Below are positions 1 through 10,296 of a stretch of DNA of 64,000 bases, piece by piece (the first letter of the stretch is position 1; every line of letters starts with the position of its first letter). A program made the translations under genes and the position numbers. The DNA comes from Acidimicrobiia bacterium (lineage in GTDB: Bacteria > Actinomycetota > Acidimicrobiia > Spongiisociales > ZC4RG35), in contig CBDBCY010000004.1 in assembly GCA_965203555.1 (NCBI GenBank), forward strand, positions 136,961 through 200,960, written 5' to 3'. The notes beneath the pieces are model-generated. The model was not told where the DNA came from. It ran no database searches and saw only the letters and a list, made by a program, of their open reading frames with translations.

Positions 1-415
1 GATCAAACAGAGGAAATGACCGAACCCGCGTCCTGTCTCCATGGTTCCTGCCAGCCCGTTTTTGCCACTCTTGATCCACGCCCATCCCCAATAGGGGTTT
101 CTGGAAGCACTCTGAACACCAGACTCAACACCCCCTCGCTATCTGCCCGCCGGATCAAACGCGCATAAACAGCGCGCCACCGCCCGGACGGCAACCTCCG
201 CAACCTACCGCCATACTCCCGCCACCTGCCAAACAGCGTTCAACACCTTTACAGATTCGACAGGCCTGCCCATGCACCCTGAGACCGCAAAAGAGCAAAC
301 CGCTACCCTAATCGAACTCCCCGAAAGCAGGGCTGGTCGATCACCGGGGCGCCGATCACTCCTGGTAGGTAAACTAACTGCCTGACCATTTCCTCTCACC
401 CAGGTTGCGCACAGC

Positions 416-2218
416 TTGTCTTCTCGTTCCCTGATCAGGAACTTCTGCATAATCGCCCACATCGACCACGGTAAGTCCACCCTGGCCGATCGTCTCTTGG
501 AATCGGCAGGGGCAGTTTCCCAGCGAGACATGCGAGACCAGGTGCTCGACACCATGGACCTGGAGCGAGAACGCGGGATCACCATCAAGGCGCAGGCGGT
601 CCGGTTGGACCACCCGGCATCCGATGGCCGCACCTACATCCTCAACCTGATCGATACTCCCGGCCACGTGGACTTCTCCTATGAGGTCTCCCGATCGCTG
701 GCCGCCTGCGAGGGGGCGCTTCTGCTGGTGGACGCCAACCAGGGCGTGCAGGCGCAAACGGTGGCCAACGCCTATCTGGCCGTGGAAGCAGGACTCGAAG
801 TCATCCCGGTGGTCAACAAGATAGACCTTCCCTCGGCCGAACCGGAACAGGCTGCCGAAGAACTGTCAAGGATTCTGGGCGGCGACCCGGCCGACGCCAT
901 TTTCATCTCCGCCAAGACGGGGGAGGGGATCGATGAACTCACCCAACGCATCGTGGAGATGGTCCCGCCTCCGTCCGGTGACGAGAATCTGCCGCTTTCG
1001 GCACTGATCTTCGACTCCTATTACGACATATACAGGGGAGTTGTGTGTTACGTCCGGGTTATGGAGGGAACCCTTGCGGCAGGGGAGCGGGTGATGTTCA
1101 TGGCCAGCGGCGAGAAGCGAGACGCCGCCGAAGTCGGAGTGCTCACCCCTGCCTCCGCGCCGGTGCGGGCCTTGGGGGCCGGAGAGGTGGGGTACCTGAT
1201 AACTGGCGCCAAGGAAATCGACCGGGTGCGGGTGGGGGACACGGTCACCTCCGCGTATCGACCGACAACCCGAGCCCTGGCAGGCTATACCGATCCCCGG
1301 CCGATGGTGTTCGCAGGGATATTTCCCACCGACGGCGACGACTATCCCCGCTTGCGAGAGGCCCTGGAGAAACTTCAGCTAAACGACGCTTCCCTGCAGA
1401 TCGCCCCGGAGTTCTCCCAGGCACTGGGATTCGGGTTCAGGTGTGGCTTCCTGGGTCTTCTGCACATGGAGATCGTGCGGGAACGGCTGGAAAGGGAGTA
1501 TGACCTGGATCTGGTCACAACCGCACCCTCGGTGGCATACCGCGTAACCCTTCCCGGGAGAGAACCCGATGAAGTCAGGTCCCCGGCCGATTTCCCCGCG
1601 CCGGGGAAAGAAGTGAAGGTGGAAGAACCCTGGATAAGGGCGCTGATTCTGGTGCCGCCCGAATTCCTGGGGGCGGTGATGGAGATACTCACTTCTCGGC
1701 GCGGCGAACTTGGTCCGATCAATTATCTTGGCGCCGAACGGGTGGAGATGACTTGCCGCCTTCCCCTGGCGGAGGTGGTGTTCGACTTCTATGATCAACT
1801 CAAGTCCAAGACCAGGGGCTTTGCCTCCCTCGACTACGAACCGGACGGCTACCAACGATCGGACCTGGTGAAGGTGGACCTGTTACTCAACGGCTCGCCG
1901 GTGGATGCCTTCTCGGCAGTGGTGCATCGTCAAAAGGCCTACGGATACGGACGGGAGATGGTCACGCGGCTCAAAAAGCTCATACCCCGGCAATTGTTCG
2001 ACGTTCCCATCCAGGCGGCTGTCGGAAGCCGGGTGATCTCCCGAGAAACCATCCGGGCCAAGCGCAAGGATGTGCTGGCCAAGTGCTATGGCGGCGACGT
2101 CACTCGCAAGAAAAAACTGCTGGCACGTCAGAAGGAAGGGAAGCGGCGGATGAAAATGGTGGGATCGGTGGAAGTGCCGTCCGAGGCGTTCGTGGCGGCT
2201 CTTCAGGTAAGGGATTGA
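416..2218 (+). CDS. lepA: Elongation factor 4 (LepA), translational GTPase
   Basis: 600-aa ORF; GTPase motifs [21 protein letters not shown] and LepA-type C-terminal domain; TTG start. Confidence 0.95.
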   Translation: MSSRSLIRNFCIIAHIDHGKSTLADRLLESAGAVSQRDMRDQVLDTMDLERERGITIKAQAVRLDHPASDGRTYILNLIDTPGHVDFSYEVSRSLAACEGALLLVDANQGVQAQTVANAYLAVEAGLEVIPVVNKIDLPSAEPEQAAEELSRILGGDPADAIFISAKTGEGIDELTQRIVEMVPPPSGDENLPLSALIFDSYYDIYRGVVCYVRVMEGTLAAGERVMFMASGEKRDAAEVGVLTPASAPVRALGAGEVGYLITGAKEIDRVRVGDTVTSAYRPTTRALAGYTDPRPMVFAGIFPTDGDDYPRLREALEKLQLNDASLQIAPEFSQALGFGFRCGFLGLLHMEIVRERLEREYDLDLVTTAPSVAYRVTLPGREPDEVRSPADFPAPGKEVKVEEPWIRALILVPPEFLGAVMEILTSRRGELGPINYLGAERVEMTCRLPLAEVVFDFYDQLKSKTRGFASLDYEPDGYQRSDLVKVDLLLNGSPVDAFSAVVHRQKAYGYGREMVTRLKKLIPRQLFDVPIQAAVGSRVISRETIRAKRKDVLAKCYGGDVTRKKKLLARQKEGKRRMKMVGSVEVPSEAFVAALQVRD

Positions 2219-3426
2219 GCCTTCCCGACCAACCGTTGCTCTCTCCGGATGACCCTGACCTGGCGGAACAGGCGAGCAAATGGCGCTCGCTCTATCTGCA
2301 CATTCCGTTCTGCGAGCAGGTCTGTCCCTACTGTGACTTCGCGGTGGCTGCGGGAGAGGACCATCTCGCCTCCCGCTATTCCAAGGCGCTGATCGCCGAG
2401 ATCCGCTCCGCCCCTGAATGGGGGCCCCTGGAGGCCGTCAACTTCGGGGGAGGCACCCCGTCTCGGATGCCGGTCCGATGGTTGCGGAAGATCCTGGAAG
2501 AGGCGATCTGTCGTTTTGGTCTCGCCGCGGGAGCGGAGGTGAGTCTGGAGGCCAATCCCGAGGATTGGACACCGGGCAAGGCGTCGCAACTGGTGGCCGC
2601 CGGGTTCAACCGGGTGTCGTTGGGCGCCCAGTCCTTCGACCCGGTGGTGCTTGCCTACCTGGGGCGCCGGCACAGCCCCGAAGACATCACCCGGTCGGTG
2701 GCCGCTGCCCGAAGCGCCGGATTCCGGTCGGTGAACCTGGATCTGATAATGGGATCCCCACCCGAGGACGCCGCGTCGTGGTCGGCCACTTTACGGCGCG
2801 CCTTAGCTTGCGAGCCGGACCATCTCTCCACCTACGCCCTGACGGTGGAACCGGGAACCGTGCTGTGGAAGAAGGTCCGATCCGGCGCAAGCGCTCCGGA
2901 CGCCGATAGGCAGGCCGATTGCTGGGAGGAGGCGGACAAGGTGTGCCGGGCGGCGGGACTGGTGCGATATGAAGTCTCCAACGCCGCCCGGCCCGGGCAC
3001 CCTTGCCGCTACAACCTCTCCGTGTGGGGCCAGGGAGAGTACCTGGGGTTCGGAAACGGGGCTCACTCCTTTCAACAGGGGCGAAGGTGGGAGAACGTAC
3101 GGGACCTGCGCCGTTACCTGGATGCTGTGGAAAGCGGTGCATCACCGGGCAGAAGATACGAGAAAGTAGAAGGGTGGTCGGCGGAGACGGAGCGCCTGCT
3201 GCTGGGCATCCGGAGGCGGGCCGGCGTGAAGAAAGGCAAGGCGGGTGGAGTGCTGTGGCATTCAGGGCCGGGCCGCAGGCTCAGGGCGGCAGAGGTAATC
3301 AGTTCGCACCGGGGACGTCTTCGAGTGGAGCGTCCCCTGTTGACCGACGAGGTGAGCCGGGCCATCCTGGCCATCCGGCCACCGGGTGAGAGCCGAACCG
3401 GGTCCCTGGAGGAAAGCCTTTCATAG
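2215..3426 (+). CDS. hemW: Radical SAM heme chaperone HemW / HemN-like protein
   Basis: Radical-SAM motif [10 protein letters not shown] and HemN-like C-terminus. ORF track opens at 2083 (135-nt overlap with lepA); TTG at 2215 overlapping the lepA stop (TTGA) is the more likely start. Confidence 0.85.
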   Translation: MSLPDQPLLSPDDPDLAEQASKWRSLYLHIPFCEQVCPYCDFAVAAGEDHLASRYSKALIAEIRSAPEWGPLEAVNFGGGTPSRMPVRWLRKILEEAICRFGLAAGAEVSLEANPEDWTPGKASQLVAAGFNRVSLGAQSFDPVVLAYLGRRHSPEDITRSVAAARSAGFRSVNLDLIMGSPPEDAASWSATLRRALACEPDHLSTYALTVEPGTVLWKKVRSGASAPDADRQADCWEEADKVCRAAGLVRYEVSNAARPGHPCRYNLSVWGQGEYLGFGNGAHSFQQGRRWENVRDLRRYLDAVESGASPGRRYEKVEGWSAETERLLLGIRRRAGVKKGKAGGVLWHSGPGRRLRAAEVISSHRGRLRVERPLLTDEVSRAILAIRPPGESRTGSLEESLS

Positions 3427-3444
3427 TTTGGTACTCTGAGGGCA

Positions 3445-4437
3445 ATGCTGGAGGATCGCCGCGCCGAGATATTGCGTTCCCTCGTGGAGTGCCACATACG
3501 GACCGGAGCCCCGGTGAGCTCCCAGATGGTCCTTGAGCACAGCGATCTGGAAGTCTCCCCCGCCACCGTCCGAAAAGAGTTGGCCCGGTTGGAAGAGGAC
3601 GGGTATGCAGACCAACCTCACACCTCGGCCGGCCGGATTCCCACGGCTGCGGCCTACCGCTTTTACGTGGACAACCATGCGGCCTTCCAGTTGCGCCGGG
3701 CGGTTCGCTCCCGCATCTCGTCTTTTTTCGCCGAGGTGGAGTTGGAATTGGACCGGTTGCTTCACTCCACTACCCGCCTCCTGTCCGACATCACCCGGTT
3801 GCCGGCGGTGGTGGTGGGTCCCCACCTGGCTGCGGAGCGCATTCGCAGCATTCACCTGGTGTCCCTGCAACTGCGTATGGCCCTGCTGGTCGTGGTCACG
3901 GAATCGGCGCGGGTACTGCAGGAGATCTGCCGCCTTCCGGCGCCTTTGACCGGAACGGAGATTTCGGAAATGGAGACGCTGCTTCGCAGTCACGCCCTGG
4001 GATCACCGCTCGGTTTGCCGGCCCCGCCCGCCGTTGCCGCGCCCGGGGTCGGGGGTCCGTCCTTTCAAAGTTGCTTCCAGGAGGTTTGGGACACCCTGGA
4101 GAGAACTGCGCGGCGAGCGTCCGATGTCTACGTGATGGGAACCGGACGATCGGCCCATCTGTGGGATGATCTGGATGCGGTCGCCCAGGTGTTGGGGGTG
4201 CTGGAGAGGGAGGCGGCAGTGCTCAACCTGTTGGCCGCCGATCCGGGCATCAACATCCGCATCGGGGAGGAGATTCCCGATCTGGAAATGGATCTGGCAG
4301 TGATCTCCACCTCGTTCATGGCCGGAAACTCCGCCGGACGGATTGGAGTCCTGGGGCCGATGCGCATGGACTACGGCCGTGCCATCTCGGTGTTGCAGAG
4401 AGTAAGCGCCGGGCTGGCCGATCGCATCGCCGTCTGA
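3445..4437 (+). CDS. hrcA: Heat-inducible transcription repressor HrcA
   Basis: 330-aa ORF, N-terminal winged-helix region (RRAEILRSLVECHIRTGAPVSS), classical position directly upstream of dnaJ. Confidence 0.9.
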   Translation: MLEDRRAEILRSLVECHIRTGAPVSSQMVLEHSDLEVSPATVRKELARLEEDGYADQPHTSAGRIPTAAAYRFYVDNHAAFQLRRAVRSRISSFFAEVELELDRLLHSTTRLLSDITRLPAVVVGPHLAAERIRSIHLVSLQLRMALLVVVTESARVLQEICRLPAPLTGTEISEMETLLRSHALGSPLGLPAPPAVAAPGVGGPSFQSCFQEVWDTLERTARRASDVYVMGTGRSAHLWDDLDAVAQVLGVLEREAAVLNLLAADPGINIRIGEEIPDLEMDLAVISTSFMAGNSAGRIGVLGPMRMDYGRAISVLQRVSAGLADRIAV

Positions 4438-4450
4438 ACAACCGGTACCG

Positions 4451-5549
4451 ATGGCCAAGGACTATTACCAGATTCTGGGAGTGGATCGCGAAGCCGACTC
4501 CAACCAGATCAAGAGGGCCTTCAGAAAACTCGCCCGCCAGACCCATCCCGACGCCAATCCCGGAGATCCTCAGGCGGAAGCCCGATTCAGGGAAGTGGCG
4601 GAAGCATACGAGGTGCTGTCCGACCCGGATCGCCGCCGGTCCTATGACCAGGGGGAGCAGATCGACATCTCGGGTATGTTCGGTGATCTCGACGACCTGC
4701 TTCGCTCGGTATTCGGAGGGTCGGGTTTCTTTGGGGGTCAAGGCGCCTCTCAACGTTCCCGCGGGCAGGACATCCTGGTGAGAGTCGGACTGAGTTTGGA
4801 AGAGGCGGCGTTCGGCGTTGAAAAGAGAGTGGAATTCGAAGCCCAGGCGGCCTGTTCCACTTGTGGTGGGGACGGGGGCGGCCGCCGGGTCTGAGATAAC
4901 TTCGTGCCGGGGGTGTGGGGGATCAGGGATGCTGCGCTCCACGCGTTCCAGCTTCTTCGGGTCGATGGTGACTACCTCCACCTGTCTCCGATGCGGGGGG
5001 AGAGGTCGGGAAGTCACCCAGATCTGTGGAAAGTGCCAAGGCGCGGGTGTCCATCCCGAGCGTCAGGCTCTGAAGGTCGAAATACCGGCCGGGGTTTCGG
5101 AGGGAACTCGTCTCCGCCTGAGAGGCAGGGGGGCGGCCGCTCCCCTGGGAGGCATGCCGGGGGATCTGTATGTGGAGGTGCTGGTTCGTTCCGACAGCCG
5201 GTTTGAGAGAGAGGGGGACCATCTCTACCATCGGGTCACGGTCGGGATCGCAGAGGCGGCTCTGGGAGCGGAAGTGAAGATACCGCTGCTCGAGGGCGGC
5301 TTCCACACTCTTCGCGTCCCGCCCGGTACCCAGCCGGGATGGGTCAGTCGGCTGCCGGGACATGGAACGCCTCTCATGGGTGGAAGACGGAGGGGGGACA
5401 TGTTGGTGGAGGTGGAGGTTGAGATTCCCAGGACGGTTTCCCGTGAAGAGGAGGACCTGCTGAGAGAACTGGCCGACCTGCGAGGGGAGTCTCCGCTGCC
5501 TCGATCTTTTCGAAGGGCAAGACGCCGGAGATCCGGCAAAAGACGGTAG
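4451..5549 (+). pseudogene. dnaJ: Chaperone DnaJ, reading frame broken by a 1-nt shift (ORFs 4451..4894 and 4818..5549)
   Basis: First ORF carries J domain (HPD in RQTHPDANPGD), G/F region and start of Zn finger (CSTCGGDG); second ORF in another frame continues AAAGSEITSCRGCGGSG...CLRCGGRG...CGKCQGAG and the C-terminal domains. The switch falls in the run gacgggggcggcc at about 4871..4883. Confidence 0.85.
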
Positions 5550-5613
5550 GAAGGAGGGCATTTTGGTAGGGTTGGCCAAAAGGTGGCACATATAACCGCA
5601 CGGACCGCTTTGC

Positions 5614-5964
5614 ATGGGAGGTTCGGTGAATAGCGATTGTCTCTTCTGCAGGATCGTGGAGGGATCAGTCCCTGCCGACATAGTGGCGGAATCCGAAGGC
5701 GCCGTTGCATTCCGCGATATAAATCCACAGGCGCCCACCCATGTCCTGATCATTCCCCGTCGGCATGTCGAATCGTTGGAGGAGGTGGACGACTCTCAAA
5801 TGATGGGGGACCTGGTGAGCCTGGCCAAGGTGGTGGCGTCCCTGGAAGGACTTGACAATGGCTGGAGGCTGGTCGCCAATGTCGGACCGGACGCAGGCCA
5901 GACAGTGTTTCACCTCCATCTACATTTGTTGGGCGGCCGCCGGATGGGGTGGCCGCCGGGATGA
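5614..5964 (+). CDS. HIT (histidine triad) family nucleotide hydrolase
   Basis: 116-aa ORF with CLFCRI N-terminus and histidine triad HLHLHLLGG. Confidence 0.85.
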   Translation: MGGSVNSDCLFCRIVEGSVPADIVAESEGAVAFRDINPQAPTHVLIIPRRHVESLEEVDDSQMMGDLVSLAKVVASLEGLDNGWRLVANVGPDAGQTVFHLHLHLLGGRRMGWPPG

Positions 5965-6014
5965 ATCTGTGGATACCTCTTACTGCCGGGGCGTCGCGGG
6001 TTCGATCTGTCTAG

Positions 6015-7013
6015 ATGAGCACTGAGACTGTTCACCGAGAGGTGGTGGTTCCCAGCCAACACCTGTTGCGGGATTTGCTGGGGACCAGCGATTCCTATTT
6101 TCGGGTGCTGCAGGAGTCCTTTCCGGAGGTGCGGATGGTGGCGCGCGGTGCCAACGTTTCACTCCGGGGCCCTTCGGACGAGGTTGGTTTGGCCGAGTCG
6201 GTGATCAATGAACTTCTCCTGCTCGTACAGGAGGGCGCCTCTCTGGCCGGACAGGTCGGTTCGGTAGTGCAGATGGTCCGAGATGATCTTCCCGATCCCG
6301 CCGTCGTGTTGAGCGCTACCTTGTCGGTGGGGCGCGGCAGACTGGTAAGAGTGAAGACCCACCGCCAGTTGCTCTATGTCCAATCCATTCGGGAGAACAC
6401 CGCCACCTTCGCGGTGGGCCCGGCCGGGACGGGCAAGACCTATCTGGCCATGGCGGCGGCAGTGGAAGCTCTGACACAGGGGAGTTGTCAACGAATCGTC
6501 CTGACCCGCCCGGCGGTGGAGGCGGGGGAGCGTCTTGGCTTTCTTCCCGGCGACCTTTCCGCCAAGGTGGATCCTTACCTGCGCCCCCTCTATGATGCGT
6601 TGTGGGCGATGCTGGGACCCGATGAGACATCCCGTTTGATTGATCGGGGAACAATCGAGATCGCACCTCTCGCCTATATGAGGGGCCGAACGCTCAACGA
6701 TGCCTGCGTCATCCTGGACGAGGCGCAGAACACATCTCCCGAGCAGATGAAGATGTTTTTGACCCGGCTGGGTTTCAACTCCAAGATGATCATCACCGGA
6801 GATCTCACCCAGACCGATCTCCCCTCGGGCCGCTCTTCCGGTCTGGAAGTGGTCCGGCACATTCTTGACGGGATTGCCGGGGTGGCCTTTGTGGAACTGA
6901 CCAGCCGGGATGTGGTGCGGCATCGGGTGGTCGCCGACATTATCGATGCCTACCAGCGTTATGAGACTTCCAACTTCGCGTCGGGAGGCCGGGCGAGAAG
7001 GGCCGAGAAATGA
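6015..7013 (+). CDS. phoH: PhoH-like ATPase (YbeZ family)
   Basis: 332-aa ORF, Walker A GPAGTGKT, ILDEAQN box; conserved phoH-HD-ybeY-era neighbourhood. Confidence 0.9.
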   Translation: MSTETVHREVVVPSQHLLRDLLGTSDSYFRVLQESFPEVRMVARGANVSLRGPSDEVGLAESVINELLLLVQEGASLAGQVGSVVQMVRDDLPDPAVVLSATLSVGRGRLVRVKTHRQLLYVQSIRENTATFAVGPAGTGKTYLAMAAAVEALTQGSCQRIVLTRPAVEAGERLGFLPGDLSAKVDPYLRPLYDALWAMLGPDETSRLIDRGTIEIAPLAYMRGRTLNDACVILDEAQNTSPEQMKMFLTRLGFNSKMIITGDLTQTDLPSGRSSGLEVVRHILDGIAGVAFVELTSRDVVRHRVVADIIDAYQRYETSNFASGGRARRAEK

Positions 7014-9766
7014 CTACAGGAGATAGACGACCTCCCAGGACGGGAGAAAAGTCGCTGATCCGCGGCCTGCTGCTGGTGTCCACGGTGTTGCTGGCCTGGG
7101 CCACCCTGACCATCGGCGCCGCCAGCGGAGAAGTCGATCTGAGAGTAGGAGAGTTGGCCACCCGCAATTACGTCGCTCAGCGGAGCAGCGAGGTCACCGA
7201 CCAGGAGGCCACCGAGACTCTTCGTGAAGAGGAGGCTGCCCGAGTGGAGAGTGTCACCACCCGGGACGAGAGCATAGAACAACAGGTCAACGACGACCTG
7301 TCGCAGTTGTTCGAGGCGATCAGAAGCGGAGTGCTGGCGCCCGAACCGGAGTGGGTGGGAACCCTGTCGCTTCCTCCCACCAGTACGACCACTACAACCA
7401 CCACCGCTGCGGCCCAGCCCACGACCACCACGTCGCCGCCCACCACCGAGACGGTTCCACCCCTGCAAGGGGAAGAAACTCCCGAAGGCGGCACCGATGG
7501 TGAACAAACGCCTCCTGCCGAAAGTCAGGAACAGGAATCGGATGTAATCACTACCACCACCGAGGCGGCTCAGGCTGCTGAGACTCCCGGGACGAATGCA
7601 GTGACCACTGCGGAACAACCGGCCAGGATCAACCTCAGTGGGAGAGTTTTCCTCGATTTCGACTCGGACGCAGCCATCACCGAGTCGGGCGACTACCCGG
7701 ACTTGGGAGTGGAGTTGGTGACGGTCCGGGTCGTCTCTCTCGCCGGTGAGGGATATGACACCCAGACCGATGCCAACGGGCACTTTAGCATTGAGGTGCC
7801 GGAAGGGGTATGGGAGGTGGTGGTGGACAGCCAGGATTCTGATCTCCCTGCGGGTTTCACCATTTACCTTCCCGGGCGAAGCCAAACAGTGGTGTGTTTG
7901 GGACAGGGATCGGAGTGTGCCACGCAACCGGTTCCCTTCGTTCCGCTTCTCCGTTCCGCCCAGGTGCAAAACCAGGAGTTGATCCGTTCCTACCCGCAGT
8001 TGAACACTGGCACGGTGGCCACCATGGTGGAGGTTGCCCGCAACGATGTGATCCGGCAGGTATCGGACATTGCGCCCGGCTTGGTGGAGATCGAGAGGGC
8101 GGCCCTTACCTTGATGGTCGAATCTTTTGCCAACGAGATCAAGAGTGAGGACCTGCTCTCGGCCCAGAGCAGTATCCTGTCGGATCCGCCGGTGGTGTTC
8201 ATTGACAATGTGCGCAACCCGGCGGCTGGCGAAGCGGCCGCCGACATCGCCGCGTCCTTCCTGCGCCCGAATTCCCTGCTCGACACCCAGGCCACGGAGG
8301 AGTTGCGACAAGCGGCTCGAGAAGCCTTGGAAGAGGTTACGGTCTCCTATCGTTCGGGGCAGCCCATAATCGCCGAGGGCGAGCCTCTCACCCGACTGGT
8401 CATCGATGTCATATCGGCGACCGGAGCCGCCACCGGAAGACCCGTGCAGGAGGCCGGTGTGCTGGTGGTCCTGGGGGCGGTGGTGGCGGTGTTGTCTCTC
8501 TTCCTCTACAGGTTCCGCCTCGATCTTTGGGAACAGATCCCGCTGCTCACCCTGTTCGGGCTTCTCACCGTGCTGGCGGCCGGCGCGGTGCGGGGCGCCA
8601 CCTTCATAGGTGAGGTATTCGGATACGAAGTGGGCGTATATCTGCTCCCAGCGGTGGCTTTCGGGTACTTGACGGCGGTTCTCTTGGACAACCGGGTTGG
8701 GCTCCTGATGGCTATTGTCCTGGCGGTGGTGACGGCGGTCGGCACCCGCGACCCCGGCGCGACCACCTACGCGCTGCTGGCCACCCTGGCGCCGGTGGGA
8801 TTCGTCTCGGCGGCCTCGAGTCGCCGGGCCTTCCGCAATTCGGTGGCGGTCTCCGCGGCGGCCTTGGCGGTTATCGCAGCGGCCACTGCGTGGATATTTC
8901 ACACCAGCATCGCCCAGTCTCCGGTGGGGGTGATGCTGCAGGCGGGGGTGCTGGCGTTCGCCTCCACCCTGATAGCCGCTCTCGTGGCCCTGGCGTCCAT
9001 TGCCTTTTTCGAAGGCATCTTCGACGTGACCACCACTCTCCGTTTGCTCGACTTGACCGATCGCAACCACGAGGCCCTGCAATTGCTGCAAGAGAAGGCT
9101 TTCGGTACCTTCAATCATTCCCTGATGGTGGGGACGCTGGCCAGCGCGGCGGCAAAGGCGATCGGGGCCAACAATCTCTTGGCTCGCGCGGCCGCCTATT
9201 ACCACGATCTGGGTAAGACGGAGAACCCCGGATTCTTTATAGAGAACCAGTTCGGCGCCGTCAATCCGCATGACGAGATGAGACCCGAGGAGTCCGCCGA
9301 GGTGATCCGCCGGCATGTGTCCGACGGCATAAGCCTGGCGACCCGCTATCAAATCCCCTCATCGGTGAGGGAGGGGATCCTTACTCATCACGGCACCGGG
9401 ATAATACGCTATTTCTACGACAAGGCCCTGGGCTTGTACGGGGAGGAAAACGTCGATGTGGATGACTATCGACACATTGGGGCGAAGCCCCGATCCAAGG
9501 AAATGGCCATTGTGATGCTGGCCGACGGGGTGGAGGGAGCATGCCGGGCCGCTTTCCAGGTCAATTATGGGGAAGGCGCTCCTCCAGAGCCCACCCTGCA
9601 AGCCATTGCTGCGGTGATAGACGGGATCATCCGTGAAAAGATGTCCGATTACCAGTTGAGCGAAGCCTCCCTCACCTTCAGCGAACTTCAGGCGATTCGC
9701 AATGCCTTCGCGGAAGCGATGGCGGGTCACTACCATCAGCGCATTCGATACCCCAACTTTCCCTGA
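7010..9766 (+). CDS. 7TM-receptor HD/HDIG-domain membrane phosphohydrolase (PgpH-like) with long N-terminal extracytoplasmic extension
   Basis: 918-aa ORF; N-terminal TM, Thr/Pro-rich linker, multi-TM block (about 8450..9000), C-terminal HD domain (AAYYHDLGK ... ILTHHGTG). Confidence 0.85.
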   Translation: MTTGDRRPPRTGEKSLIRGLLLVSTVLLAWATLTIGAASGEVDLRVGELATRNYVAQRSSEVTDQEATETLREEEAARVESVTTRDESIEQQVNDDLSQLFEAIRSGVLAPEPEWVGTLSLPPTSTTTTTTTAAAQPTTTTSPPTTETVPPLQGEETPEGGTDGEQTPPAESQEQESDVITTTTEAAQAAETPGTNAVTTAEQPARINLSGRVFLDFDSDAAITESGDYPDLGVELVTVRVVSLAGEGYDTQTDANGHFSIEVPEGVWEVVVDSQDSDLPAGFTIYLPGRSQTVVCLGQGSECATQPVPFVPLLRSAQVQNQELIRSYPQLNTGTVATMVEVARNDVIRQVSDIAPGLVEIERAALTLMVESFANEIKSEDLLSAQSSILSDPPVVFIDNVRNPAAGEAAADIAASFLRPNSLLDTQATEELRQAAREALEEVTVSYRSGQPIIAEGEPLTRLVIDVISATGAATGRPVQEAGVLVVLGAVVAVLSLFLYRFRLDLWEQIPLLTLFGLLTVLAAGAVRGATFIGEVFGYEVGVYLLPAVAFGYLTAVLLDNRVGLLMAIVLAVVTAVGTRDPGATTYALLATLAPVGFVSAASSRRAFRNSVAVSAAALAVIAAATAWIFHTSIAQSPVGVMLQAGVLAFASTLIAALVALASIAFFEGIFDVTTTLRLLDLTDRNHEALQLLQEKAFGTFNHSLMVGTLASAAAKAIGANNLLARAAAYYHDLGKTENPGFFIENQFGAVNPHDEMRPEESAEVIRRHVSDGISLATRYQIPSSVREGILTHHGTGIIRYFYDKALGLYGEENVDVDDYRHIGAKPRSKEMAIVMLADGVEGACRAAFQVNYGEGAPPEPTLQAIAAVIDGIIREKMSDYQLSEASLTFSELQAIRNAFAEAMAGHYHQRIRYPNFP

Positions 9767-9822
9767 ATGGAAGACCCTTCATCTAGCAGTCCGAAGGGGC
9801 CTCCCGACGCGATCGGCGAGAC

Positions 9823-10296
9823 TTGCAGATGAACGTCCAGATTGTTGACGAGCAGGATTCCTCGGTGGATTTGCACCTGCTGGGTCGCTTGGCGGAGGCT
9901 GTGCTGCAGGGTGAGGGATACGGTTCGGGATGCATGGTGGATGTGACGTTGGTGCCTGACAGGCGGATGAAGGAGATGAACCTTCAACACCGTGGCCGCG
10001 AGGGTCCCACCGATGTCTTGGCGCTTCCCCTGCAAGTTATAGATCCGACCCGCAGCGCCCGCGCTCCCCGGAGGGGCGGGCCTCCCCTCCACCTGGGCGA
10101 TGTGGTGATCGCTCCAGGCTATGTGAGTCGTCAATCGGACGTGGGGGGCTGGAACTTTGCTGAGGAAATGGGTTTGATGGTGGTGCATGGTGTCTTGCAT
10201 CTGTTGGGCTACCGGCACGATTCCGACCGGCAAGCTGTGGTAATGGAGAACCGGGAACGGCGCGTTTTGGCCGGGGAGGGCTTGAGGAGGCGATGA
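9823..10296 (+). CDS. ybeY: rRNA maturation endoribonuclease YbeY
   Basis: 157-aa ORF with zinc motif HGVLHLLGYRHD; TTG at 9823 or ATG at 9829. Confidence 0.9.
   Translation: MQMNVQIVDEQDSSVDLHLLGRLAEAVLQGEGYGSGCMVDVTLVPDRRMKEMNLQHRGREGPTDVLALPLQVIDPTRSARAPRRGGPPLHLGDVVIAPGYVSRQSDVGGWNFAEEMGLMVVHGVLHLLGYRHDSDRQAVVMENRERRVLAGEGLRRR

Noticed and set aside
3-633. Minus-strand ORFs 3..203 (66 aa) and 205..633 (142 aa) at the window start.
   Set aside because: Neither has a recognisable family. The second overlaps the lepA start region. The first lies in the compositionally skewed non-coding stretch. A partial + strand frame (1..174) also lacks coding-like wobble bias.
6959-9352. 797-aa minus-strand ORF opposite the 7TM-HD gene. 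Similar long antisense ORFs lie at 13389..15590, 23143..24567, 35633..37051, 39525..40940, 51864..53321 and 56622..57821.
   Set aside because: These are typical high-GC shadow ORFs. Their translations are R/G/H/P-rich low-complexity sequence with no recognisable motifs, and each lies exactly opposite a gene with unambiguous homology.
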